The position numbers and the translations under genes are program-made. This document shows positions 38,400-50,591 of a stretch of 64,000 nt of DNA, piece after piece. This DNA comes from Octopus sinensis (taxonomy: Eukaryota), in assembly GCF_006345805.1 (NCBI RefSeq), contig NC_043017.1, positions 19,282,001 to 19,346,000 on the forward strand, written 5' to 3'. The stretch's first letter is position 1; every line of letters begins with the position of its first letter. The notes below the pieces were generated by a model. The model was not told where the DNA came from and did not search any database. It saw nothing but the letters and a program-made list of their open reading frames with translations.

Positions 38400-38762
38400 T
38401 CAAAACAGACACAGCCTTCTGGTCTTAGATTTAGTAGATGATAAAGAGATAAATGAATTAGAAATGATTTACAATCCTTTACAAGCTATGATCCCAATGG
38501 GATTCATGCGATTCTTGGAAGTGTAGTCTATTCTTAGCTACAATAGTAGCAAAATGAATTTCTTCCATCTTCTTGCTCTGTTAAAGTATTTGAGAAAAAT
38601 TATATTAATGTGTCCAACTGGTTAAAATTCTGTTTATTTATTTGATCAGCTGAAGATGGCACTGCATTTAAATTGATGCAACGATTGCTTTGTTCAATTA
38701 ATGAAACCGCTTGAAACGTTCATACTGCATCACTTCTTGATATCCTGTTGCTTATTTTGATT
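38400..38762 (+). mobile_element. Family F2 element (probable PLE 3' end); hammerhead-like motif at 38644-38731
   Basis: Clear inverted homologue of 54400-54765. GATCAG-CTGAAGA-long hairpin-GAAAC-GTTC-ATA-CTGCATC. The upstream frame LLVLDLVDDKEINELEMIYNPLQAMIPMG loosely resembles a GIY-YIG C-terminus. Confidence 0.6.
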
Positions 38763-39012
38763 ATATATATGTATATATATATATACATACCTGTGTGTCT
38801 TTGTGTCTGTATGTCCTCCCACCTCTTGACAACCGATGCTGGTGTATTTACATCCTTGTAACTTAGTGGTTTGGCATAAAAGACTGACAGAATAAGTACC
38901 GGGCTTTAAAAAAATAAGTAATTCATTCAAGGTGGTGCCCCGTATGTCCACTGTCTTATGACTGAAGCAAGTAAAATGTATATACATATATATATTATAT
39001 AATATATATATA

Positions 39013-39045
<33 letters not shown>

Positions 39046-40387
39046 TTGCACACATACATATACATATACACATGTAACAAGCTCTGCTAATTTAACTTTA
39101 TGAACATTGCAAAATATTTTTTTAATGCTTAACAGATTTCAACATTGTAAAAAATTCTTTTAAATGCAATAAAAAAAACATGAAAACCAGACCATGTTTT
39201 AACTGATATTCAACTGATATATTATTCTATACACATTACACAAATTTGGAAAAAAAATAGATATATACAATGATATATTATATATATATATATTATATAT
39301 ATATATATAATATATATATATATATTATATATATATTATTATATATAATATACACATATATATACATACACACACATAGACAAATTCATATATCTATATA
39401 CATACACAGATACATACCCCTTTCTCTCTCTTTCTCTCTCTCTCTCACACACACACACAAATTCATATTTGTATAAAATGGCCCTTCAGTCTCCCTCTAT
39501 CCAACCCACTCGCAAGGCTTCAGCCTGCCTAGGGGCTAAGATATAAAATACTTGTTGGCCGATACAACATCCAGTTGGACTGAACCTGAAACCACATTGT
39601 TCAGAAGCTAACTTCTTAACCAGACAGCCATGTCTGAACTGCTTCTATTTGTAAATATTGGCAAACTCTTTGCAAGTGGAGAGAGAAAGAGACAATCAAT
39701 TAATCAAGAACAAACGAAGAAGGTCCATATTTTCAAGAGATCAATAAGTGTATGTTGTAACATCACATTACATAATAATAATAATAATAATAATGATAAT
39801 AATGATAATAATGATGATGATGATAATGATAGCATGCAACAACAAAACCAAACATTAGTTTAACAGATTATGTTCGCGTAACAACACAAGCTAAATATTG
39901 TCTTGACCAGGAAAATGAATTCTTCGTTACTGATAACCAATTAAACCGGTAATTAATACGGCGAGCGTGATGTGATTTATCCAAACACTTCATTTAATGT
40001 TACCGCTAATGCAACAGATTGGGTTACTTGACAAGACGCTTCGAAAGCTGTGGCATCTTATCTTGGAAGTCATTGGGCGGCCAGAAGTGTGGATTTAGAT
40101 TTCGCAGAATAGATCTATGTTCCGTTTTAAAGTGGTCTGGTTGTTGTTGTTATTGTTGTTGGATCATTTCTTGTCAGATAAAGTATTTCATCTGTCACTG
40201 TAAGGTGAAGGATATGGCTAGGAGGCTAAGAAGTTTGCTTTGTAACTCTGTAGTTTCGGGTTCAGTCCCAGGCCGACCAAATCTTTGAGAGTAGATTTGC
40301 TAAACAGATACATACATACATATATATATATATCTTTGAGAGTAGATTTGCTAAACACATACATACATACACACACACATATATATA

Positions 40388-41168
40388 TCATCATCATCAT
40401 CATCATCATCATTTAACGTCCGCTTTCCATGCTAGCATGGGTTGGACGGTTCAACTGGGGTCTGGGGAGCCCGAAAGCTGCACCAGTCCAGTCAGATCTG
40501 GCAGTGTTTCTACAGCTGGATGCCCTTCCTAACGCCAACCACTCCGAGAGTGTAGTGGGTGATTTTATGTTCCACCGACACAGGTGCCAGACGAGGCTGG
40601 CAAACGGCCACGCTCGGATGGTGTTTTTTATGTGCCACCGACACAGGTGCCAGACGAGGCTGGCAGACGGCCATGCTCGGATGGTGTTTTTATGTGCCAC
40701 CGACACAGGTGCCAGATGAGGCTGGCAAACAGCCACGATCGGATGGTGTTTGTTATGTGCCCACAGCACGGAGGCCAGTCGATGCGGTACTGGCTACGGC
40801 CACGTTCGGATGGTTTTCTTGTGTGCCACGTGCCACCGGCACTGGTACCACAAAGATACAAATTCCATTGATGTTCATCTATTTTGATTTGTTTTGATTT
40901 TCACTTGCCTCAACAGGTCTTCACAAGTGTCACAAGAAGGAAGGTAAGCACAGGTGGACTGACTACGTCCCAGGTAAGGGCCACGGGTTATGGCCTGACT
41001 AGTCTTGCCGGGTCTTCGGATGGTGTTTTTATGTGCCACCGACATAGGTGCCAGATGAGGCTGGCGAACGGCCACGATCGGATGGTGTTTGTTACGTGTC
41101 CACAGCATGGAGGCCAGTCGATGCGGTACTGGCTACGGCCACGTTCGGATGGTTTTCTTGTGTGCCAC
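40388..41168 (-). mobile_element. Long RTE-clade LINE 3' UTR copy with tandem ~61-bp modules
   Basis: Three tandem modules at 40568-40750, further UTR sequence to about 41015, then a repeat of the module block at 41018-41168. Confidence 0.82.
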
Positions 41169-41938
41169 ATATATATATATATATGCATCACTACTTGTAT
41201 ATCAGCCCATCTTGGATTTTTCTTACAGCCACTCTTTACTCCGAGGTTCTAGTCCTGTTTGAAGGATTCAGAGTTTTGAGCACCACAACATGTTTCTATA
41301 CTGAGTATATTGTTTACATATGACTGGTGTGTGTGTATAAATAGGGTGTGTGGATATTTGTGTCTCGTAATCCTGACATTATATGATAGTTACAAATGGC
41401 AGCATCATGCAATCAGTGTCACTCGTTTTCCATCTTCCATCGAAAACATCTCTGGCCATCGGGAAACATTCTGTTGTTGGGAGAGAGAAGTGAGTGTCAG
41501 TGACAGGAAGAGCACCTAGCTGCAGAAAATCTTCCTCAAGAAATCCTGTCCAACACATGCAAGCATGGAAAAACATCTGTCAAATCAATGGTGATGATGG
41601 AACAAGTATAGCTGTGTGGTTAAGCAGTTTGCTTTGCAACCATGTAGCTTCAGTTTCAATCCTATTATGTGGCACCTTGAGTAGGTGTCTTATATGATAG
41701 CCACAGATCAACTAATGTCTAAGGAATTGAATTTGATAACTGGAAACTGTATGGAAGCCTGTAAAAAATCAAAAAGATTTGAAAAATCTTGTAACTAAAA
41801 GCCAAACTTTAGCAGATGTTTAGGAAAGAAATATAGAAACATATATAAAAAAAAATATATTGATTTGTGAAACAACAAAGCAATAAGCCATAATAAGAAT
41901 CTTCTAAACCAGATACAAAAACAATGTGTGTGTATGTG

Positions 41939-41972
<34 letters not shown>

Positions 41973-42051
41973 ATATATATAATATTAGGGATATTATTCC
42001 AAACTTACAGGGAAAAATTCAATTTAGAAATACTAAATCAAATTTCACAAA

Positions 42052-42107
<56 letters not shown>

Positions 42108-42263
42108 TATATATATTTTCACACACACACACACACATATATCATCATCATCATTTAATATCTGTTTACCATGCTGGCATGGGTTGGACAGTTTGAGAGG
42201 AGCTGGGGAGCTGCCTGGGCTCCATGTCTGTTTTGGCATGGTCTCTACAGCTGGATGCTCTTA

Positions 42264-42331
<68 letters not shown>

Positions 42332-43660
42332 CTATATATCTCTGTCTGTCTATACAAGTTGATGCTTTGAGTTCCATCTATGCTGTTTTTACTACCAGAC
42401 ACACACATATACACGCGTGCATATCTGTGTATGTGTGTGCGCATGTGTGTATGTTCAAAGAATATTTTAAATCGACATGCATCTAATAAAATGCTTTATG
42501 CATCTCATTAATTAATTCAAACTAGAATAAATGACTGGAATAAATGACAAAATAAACATTTTCTTTTTTTTTTTATAGAGTAAATATTGAAAATACTTCT
42601 TTGAATTCTGTCTTGTGTCATTTCCATAATCCAGTCCTCCCTCCCTCTCTCCCTCCTCCTCCTCTTTCTTTCTTTCTTTCTTTCAATATCAAAGTGGTTT
42701 AAATATCAAAGGCTATGGATATCAAATATCAAAACCAGGTGTGGATTCTTCCATGTTTATCTCAGGGTATTCCTTAGCAGGAGATTTGGCAGATTAGAGT
42801 TAAAAAAGGGTGAAAATAATAATCCATTATCTTTGAGTCAATATTATTGTTTTCTTTATGTCTTTTCCTTTTGTTTTTGTTTGTTGTTTTGAAATGCTTT
42901 TATTGTTTTCTTTTCATTTTTTCTTGGGGGGGGGGCATGGGATTTTATTTATTTTTTAATTTTTTTTTTGGTTTTGGTCTTTGTGGAGTATTGTGTAATA
43001 TGAAATCAATGTAGATCAATAACTATTCAATTATCAGGCAGTGAAAGGTGGGTGGAGTGGGGGGATGGGTTAGAGAATGAGATTTCATGTTTATCCTCAT
43101 CATCAACATCATCATCATTGTCAACAGTGATATCACTACCATCATCATCGTTATCATCATTGTCCTTGCTTTCATCATCTCTAACATTATCATCATCATC
43201 ATTGTCACCATCTCCACCATCGTCATCATTCTCATCAATGATGTATATTTAAAATCTTACGATAAAGCTCAAGTCTTCTCCCTTATAGACCCCTATGATT
43301 AAGGAGATGATGATGATCATCATCGTTTAACGTCTGTTTTCCATGCTAGCATGGGTTGGATGGTTCAACTGGGGCTTTGCTCTTGGATCCTCCCCCCATC
43401 CATGTAGTACCTTTGGTCAGGGTTTTTAACCAAAGCTTTGAGTTGGCCCAGGGCTTCCGAAATTGTTTGTTTGTTTAATGCCCGTTTTTGCTTTCCTTCT
43501 TTTCTTTTCCATGCTAGCATAGGCTTGGCTGGGGAGTGGTTTGAAGTTGGATTTTATGGCCTGATGCTTGCAAGGTACTTGGTGACTGTTGGTAATGGTG
43601 TCACATAAAAAGCACTGGTGGTGGTACCATATAATAATCACTGGTGCTCTGGTGTCACAT

Positions 43661-44031
43661 AATTAATGCATTCGAGCTTTGGTGTTGGAGAAGACTTTTA
43701 TGGATTCCATGGACAGCGTGGCTCACCAATGGAGAAGTTCTTAAGCAGATCAGGCCGAAAATGTCGCTAGAAGCTAGGATCACCAAGCATAGATTGACAT
43801 ATTTTGGTCATATTATGCAAAGAAAATCCCTGGAGAAGGACATCATGCTCGGAATGGTCAGTGGCAAGAGAGGAAGTGGCCGACCAAGAACCCGCTGGCT
43901 TGACAACATCAAGGGTGATACCGGAATGGACATAGCCAATCTGAAAGAAGCGGCCCAGGATAGAACTGACTGGAGGACACTGATCCAAAGAGTAATCGAG
44001 AGTCGACTTCAACTGAGCGGATAGATAGATA
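43661..44031 (+). mobile_element. RTE (BovB-like) LINE, 5'-truncated 3' end with (GATA)n tail
   Basis: INAFELWCWRRLL.IPWTA..TN.EVL...RLTYFGHIM...GRPRTRWLDNIK. Tail GATAGATAGATA and 11-bp TSD GGTGTCACATA. Confidence 0.92.
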
Positions 44032-44419
44032 GGTGTCACATAAAAAGCACTGGTGCTGGTGCCATGTTAAAATCACTGGTGGTGGTGCCACATAAAAGAT
44101 ACTTGTGCTGGTACCATGGAAAAAGCACTCAATACACTCTGTAAAGTAGTTGACATTAGGAAGGGCATCCAGTTGTAGAAACCAGGCCACAACAGACAAT
44201 AGAACCTGGTATGGCTCCCAGCCTTGCCAGCTGTCAAATCATCCAACCCATGCCAGCGTGGAAAATTTTAACTGATGATGATGCTGATGCTCTTTCTGTC
44301 ACCAAACCCTCACCTGTTTTCCAGTTAGGATGTATCATAATTCCAGAGGTTTTTATAACACCAGATATTAACAAGGAATGTCAATATCATCCCCACTTTA
44401 ATCAGATGGTGACATCAAC

Positions 44420-44722
44420 ATTCACACACACACACACACATGCACACACACATGCAAACACACATGCTCACACACATGCTCACACACTCATGCAAGCAAG
44501 TGCATATGAACATGCACCCAAACACTTGCATGCACACATTCACTGGCACAAACTCACATGCAGATACACAAACATACTGACACAAATGCACACACAATCA
44601 CACACACACACACACACACCACACACACACACACAAATGTATACACACACAGATACAAGTGCATGCACAGATACACACACAAATGTATATGCACTCAGAC
44701 ACAAGTTCACCCACAAACACAG

Positions 44723-44757
<35 letters not shown>

Positions 44758-44850
44758 CAAATGTTTGAACACACAGACACAAGTGCACATGCACATACAC
44801 ATACACACACACATTCACACACATTCACACACTCACACAAACACACATGA
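44420..44850. repeat. (CA)-rich low-complexity tract
   Basis: Direct reading. Confidence 0.88.
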
Positions 44851-46168
44851 TTGGTTTCCATCAGCCAAACTCACTGACAAAGCATTGGTCAGGCCGGGAC
44901 TATAGCAGAAGGCACTTAGCCAAGGTACCAGAAATAAAGTGAAAGTAAAGTTACCTCCTTGGGTCATTTCAGTTCATAACGACCAGTTTCCCAGTTTCCA
45001 TGGCATATATATTCCCTACCTGGACGGGCTGTAGGTCCGTCGCTGGATGTCTCTTTTTTGCCAGCTGAGTGGACTGGAGCAACGTGAAATGAAGTGTTTT
45101 GCTCAAGAACACAATATGTCACCTAGTCCAGGAATTGAAACCACAATCTTATCATCATTAGTCCAACACCCTAACCACTAAGCCACACAAGGAGAGTGAT
45201 CCTAAAACTACATGATGAAGAATCATACTTCTTTAACCTGCAGCCATGTTTGTGCCTGTCATCTCCATCATCATCATCATCGTTGTCATCATCATTATTT
45301 AACGTCTGTCTTCCATGCTGGCATGGGTGGGATGGCTTGAAAGGAACCAGCTAATAGACTGTACCAAGCTCTCTTGTCTGCTTTGGAATGGTTTTTATGA
45401 CTTGATGCCCTTCCTGAGGTCAACCACTTTACAGAGAATACTGGGTGCTTTGTTTATGGCACCAGCATTTGTGAGGTTACCAAGTGACTTGCAGGACAAG
45501 ACCCCAACTCATCTTGGGGCTGGGAGTAATGGTTAGTAATACTGAGGCACAGAAAAAGGTGTTTTGCTTTAGAAGTGAGACATGGCCACCTCAGATTGAG
45601 AGAGAAACAGAGAGAAAGATGGTGAAGATGTGATGGGGAGGGGATTGGGAAAAGGCTGTACACTCAAGTTTCAAGGTGGTGTATGAAAGAGGGACAGAGA
45701 GACAGTCTGTGAGAGAGAGACTGTCTGAGTGTGAGAGAGATAGGGAGAAAGACAGAGTGGGAAAAGAGAGACTGTAGCAGAGAGACTGCGGCAGAGAAAC
45801 TGTGATAGAGTGAGAAAAGAGAGACTGTGAGAGAGAGAGAGAGACAGAGAGACTGTAAAAGTGAGAGAGAGAGAGTGAGAGACAGACTCTGTGTATGTAT
45901 TTTTTTTTGTTGTTTCTGTGTTTTATTTTTATAGAGAAATTGTTTACATTAATGTTTGGTTTGGTTGTCGAATATTTTCTTAATCTTGAATATTCATCAA
46001 TCATCAGTTTAATTAAAGACTAGACAAACACACATAAGTATATGTGTGTGTGTGTGTGTCTCTGTATCAACTGAAGATGTTTTGAGACAGGCCAAACAAA
46101 TTGGTTTTTCAGAATCTAGAATTTTGAAAAAAATCTGCAACCAATCAATTGGATAAGACACACAAAAA

Positions 46169-46220
<52 letters not shown>

Positions 46221-46661
46221 TGACATATATATATATATATATATACAGTGACATATATATATATATATATAGGTGCAGGCATGTCTGTGTGGTAAGAAGC
46301 TTGCTTCCCAATCACATGGTTCTGGGTTCAGTTCCACTGTGTAGCACCTTGCACATGTATTTTCTACTATAGCCTTGTGGGTGGATTTGGTCGAAGGAAA
46401 CTGAAAGAAGCCCATCATACATTTATGTGTGTGTCTGTCTGTGTGTGTGTTCCACCACTGCTTGACAACCAATGTTGGTTTGTTTATGTCCCCATAACAT
46501 AGCAATGTATGTATATATATTTTCTTCACTCATTTATTACTGTTCTTATTTCATCATCTTAACTCATGTCCATCTGTGACCTCTTCAGCGACACTTTTCA
46601 TTTTCATGTGTGTTCTTGCTCCACTTACTCCATTGGAGTATCTTTATAATTATACCATATG

Positions 46662-46699
<38 letters not shown>

Positions 46700-46778
46700 A
46701 AGAAAAGGAATGGTGCAGTAATTAACAATGAGAAGTTGATCATTGGTATTAAAAAGTCATAGGTTAATTGTAGTTCAG

Positions 46779-46868
46779 AACCATTTACAGCTGTTTCTGT
46801 TTATCAAATCGAGGTAAATTTGCATTTATCGCGTTCGATTTAACAAACATTGTCAGAATGATTTAGAG
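46779..46868 (-). ncRNA. Minimal type-I hammerhead motif, family F3 (G8->A, probably inactive)
   Basis: AATCATT-CTGACAA-TGTTTGTTAAATCGA(22-nt loop)TCGATTTGATAAACA-GAAAC-AGCT-GTA-AATGGTT: 7-bp helix I, 15-bp helix II with two G-U pairs, palindromic CAGCTG loop III. Confidence 0.72.
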
Positions 46869-46939
46869 GAATATAAATAGGAGAAAAGGGAAAATAAAGG
46901 AAAAGGAAAAAAGCAAAAAGAAAAGGAAACTCTGCTTGG

Positions 46940-47080
46940 TTATTTATTATAGTAGAATAAGGCTTTCCATTGTAAACGGTCGGTGATATCTGTTAATTTT
47001 GCAATCACTTCTTTTAGATATACATCTTTAGGTGGAATTGGTATATCCTTTAATGATGCTTCTATTGTTATTTGCTCCAT
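46940..47080 (-). CDS. 46-aa mini-ORF resembling the N-terminus of PLE reverse-transcriptase polyproteins (not in the ORF track)
   Basis: MEQITIEASLKDIPIPPKDVYLKEVIAKLTDITDRLQWKALFYYNK*, ATG to TAA uninterrupted. Resembles the S-x-K-N-I-P-I-P...Y-L-x-x-L-I-x-K...R-M-R-W-K-A-x-F N-terminal motif I recall from invertebrate PLE ORFs. Confidence 0.6.
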   Translation of the reverse strand: MEQITIEASLKDIPIPPKDVYLKEVIAKLTDITDRLQWKALFYYNK

Positions 47081-47161
47081 TTTATCAATAGATGCTTGAG
47101 TTAGGTCTGGCTAATGCAGCTTAGCAAGAAACATGTATGTTAAGCAAATTATGAGTTAGAG

Positions 47162-47195
<34 letters not shown>

Positions 47196-49046
47196 GCACA
47201 CATACACATGTAGACATAGTTATAAAGAAACAATTCTATAGAAATACTTACATAGTTACACAGGCATAGTTTTACTTAGGTGTCTCTATAACTATTTATA
47301 TATAACGATATCTATGTAGCTACATAGAACTGTCTTGCCCCTCTTGAGAGAGCTGTGGTCATACTGGGGCACCTTTGTTAGCTTTGCTATACTTTCACTT
47401 CTTAAAACCTCCTCTGATAATGGGCTTTTGATGAATGAGGGAGTCTGATGCTGTTGCCTTTATCTGTGTTTCCTGCCACAAGATGGATTCATCTAGAACT
47501 TCTGTTTTGAAGACACCTACATCCACTCCATATAGGTCTCACAAGCATTTTGGGATGATATTAAAGCCTGTGTCCCTTTCAAAGACTGTGGACCTGGTTA
47601 TGGATTTAATATTGGGATATGACCTGTCTTTGTGCATTTACAGAAAGTTGGATAAATGTTAACCGTTCTAAAAACTAAAGTCCCAATATATGTATATCTT
47701 TACCACTATCATCTCTCTTTCTTTCTCCCTCTCCCAAACTGGGGTAGCTATGTATCTCCTCTGCAGTAAGACACCTGCTTCTATTTCACTGTCATGGCTT
47801 AACTTCTCATCACTTGGCACAAAGCCACATCCCTCAACATCACTCCCCTTCTCATTGGAAGGGGGTCTTTGTCTTGCAAGGTGCTTGGTGACCTCACTGG
47901 TGCTGGTACCAAGTAAAAAGCATGCAGCCCACATGCTGTAAAGTGGTTGGCATTAGGAGGAGCACCCAGCCATTAAACCAAGAAGCATGCCAAAACAGAT
48001 CTCACTAGTGCTGGTTCCACTTTAAAAAAAAGCACCCATTCCACTCTGTAAAGTGGTTGGCAATATGAAGGGCACCCATCTGTAAAAACCATGCCAAATC
48101 AAACAGTGGAACAGTCCTCTGGCTTACCAGTTCCTGTCAAACTGTCCAAGCCATGCCAGAATGGAAGACAGACCTTAAATGATGATGATGATGATGATAT
48201 ATATTTTTAAAATTCTGCCAGAAATCATCTCAGTTTACAACAGGGAGGTCCACGGAGAAAACAAGTTTCGCATTACAGAATTCCATGTTCTGGCAGGATT
48301 ATCAAGAAAAACGATGCTTTCATAGAGTGGGTGATGCGTGTAGTTTACATACATGTAATTACATTGACATAGGATATCAAATAATCTGGATTAATAACTT
48401 GAATTTTAGATCAAAACATCAAGATCTTGTAACTAGAAGTCAAAATTTAGCAGACGTTTATGACAAAAATATGGAAATATATATATAAAAGAAATATTGA
48501 TTCATGGAAACAAAATGCAATAAGCCATGGGAAAGTAATTGTGTTGAAATAAATAACAAAGTATTGAAGTTGGAGATGACAAGTTATATCTGCTGGAGAT
48601 CAACTTATATTTGATTGATCGGCAGCAGTATGGTAATATATATCAACTATCATATCTTTTCCATGATGCTTGTATGAGTTTATTGGGAGAGACCTTCTAC
48701 AGCCTGATGCTCTTCCTGTCACCAACCCTTAACCATTTTCAAGTTGGGTGAGTCATGAATAAAAACAAAAAATTGTGATCAAACAACTGTACAAAGTGTA
48801 TGTGTTTCATTGGTAGAGGCAGTAATGTTTCCAATAATTTGGTGACCTCACTGGTGCTGGTGCCATGTAAAAAGCATCCAGCCCACACTCTGTAAAGTGG
48901 TTGGCATTAGGAGGAGCACCCAGCCATTAAACCAAGAAGCATGCCAAGCCCCTTTGAAACTGAAACCTTTAGAGAGCATTTACTGGATTACTGAAACATG
49001 TCGGCAGCCACTTCAGTTCTCCTGGACACTCTTGCTTTCATCTCAA

Positions 49047-49308
49047 GATTAGGGTTCTGCTTGTGAAATTAACATGCAAGTGACTGAGTATTCCACAGAC
49101 ATGTGTACCTTTAACTTAGTTCTCAGGGAGATTCAGCATGACACAGAATGTGTCAAGGTTAACCCCTTTGAATTACAGGTACCACTCCTTTTTGCCAGAT
49201 GAGTGAACTGGAGCAACATGAAATGTCTTGCTCAAGGTCATAACCCGCCACCAGGGATCGAACTCACGAACTTATGATTGTGAACCGAATACCCTAACCC
49301 CTTAACCA
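49047..49308 (-). mobile_element. Older SINE related to family C
   Basis: tRNA head (GGATCGAACTC on +) and the shared CAAAGGG..CCTTGTC..CTGAGAAC domain. Similar older copies at about 33494-33778 (+) and 58662-58915 (+). Confidence 0.7.
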
Positions 49309-49792
49309 TGTGCCTTCCTCCAACTCTGTACCTGCCCCTACACCAACCACATTCTCTTCTCTTTCATTTTTCATGCTGTCATGTGACTTCTCCGTTTCAA
49401 CCATCCTGCACAATTTCTTCTTCAATTCACACTCTCTCCCTTCTTTCAGATGAGAATGTAACCTTATCTACCATTTTGGTAAATAGTTTTTCACCCCTTA
49501 CCACACCTTCCTTGATCTTTTGTCTGCTTTCTCTCCCTCACTCCACTCTCATTACTCTCACTCCACTCTCATTACACTCACTCACACTGCATTCACTCAC
49601 TCATTTACTTTCTACTTTCACTACTCACTCACTCTCCATTCTTACTTGCACTCACACTTCATGCAGTGCATTACTACTCCACTCACTGCCAAATCCACTT
49701 TCCAACATCACTGACTGCTTCGTTTGCCCCTCAAAACCCTTCGTCTGCAGCATCAAATTCAAACTCTCTGGCTTATTGTATGTAGACACAGA

Positions 49793-50245
49793 TATGGCTG
49801 TGTGGTAAGAAGATTGCTTCCCAACTGCATGGTTCCAAGTTCAGTCCTCTAGTATGGCACCTTGGGCAAGTGTCTTTTGGTGGAGAGTGAGAGTGGAGGG
49901 TGAGTGTGGTGGAGAGTGAGAGTGGAGGGTGAGTGTGTATGACAGTGGAGGGTGAGTGTGTGTAGGAGTGATGAGTGAGTGTGTATGTAGGAGTGAAGGC
50001 TGACCAAAGCATTGTGAGTGGATTTGGTAGACAGAAACTGAAAGAAGCCTATCGTATATTTATGTGTGTGTTTGTCCCCGACCACTGCTTGATGAGTGGT
50101 GTTGCTGTATTTACATCCCTATAACTTAGCAGTTTGGCAAAGGAAACCGATAGAATAAGTAACAAGCTAAATAAGTTCTGGGTCGATTTCTTCGAGGCAG
50201 TGCCCCAGCATGGCCACAGTCTAATGACTGAAAGAGGTAAGAGAT
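49793..50245 (+). mobile_element. SINE family B carrying a 121-bp foreign inverted insert
   Basis: Family B sequence interrupted at 49879-49999 by the reverse complement of about 51425-51523. Confidence 0.8.
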
Positions 50246-50369
50246 TAAAGAGAGAAGAAACCAATCAGAAGTGAACTGAGACCTTTAGAGAGCATTTACT
50301 GGATTACTGAAACCTGTCGGCAGCCACTTCAGTTCTCCTGGACACTCTTGCTTTCATCTCAACTTTTGC

Positions 50370-50555
50370 GGGGGGGGGGCTAACCCCCCCCCCCCCCCCG
50401 GACAGACCACTCACTTCCTGGCTCTCTATCATAAACAACAGTTGATTATTTTTTTTCGCTTTGGAACAGTTGCTCTCTATGGTGTCAACAGTTGACTTAG
50501 TTTCCTTTTGCCCCACCCCTCCACTCTGCTCACTGTTAAACAACTAGACATCCTT

Positions 50556-50589
<34 letters not shown>
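50370..50589. repeat. G10-CTAA-C16 palindrome and C33 homopolymer
   Basis: G run 50370-50379, C run 50384-50399, C run 50557-50589. Confidence 0.85.

Positions 50590-50591
<2 letters not shown>

Larger units (their letters stand above)
46696..47160 (-). mobile_element. Family F3 mini Penelope-like element: leader, 46-aa ORF, CT-rich linker, hammerhead motif, tail, (TA)n
   Basis: See ORF 46940-47080 and hammerhead 46779-46868. The 3' end abuts (TA)n at about 46662-46695 and the 5' end abuts (CA)n. Confidence 0.68.

Noticed and set aside
43597-44094. Apparent ~65-bp TSD around the RTE-BovB fragment
   Set aside because: Only about 87% identical and explained by the host element's tandem modules; the true TSD is the perfect 11-mer GGTGTCACATA.
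48975-49005. GAAACATGTC half-hammerhead in the 89-bp duplication
   Set aside because: No convincing core or helix II upstream in either copy, and no TA anchor.
49308-49808. 166-aa Leu/Ser/His-rich ORF
   Set aside because: Low-complexity CT/CACT sequence.
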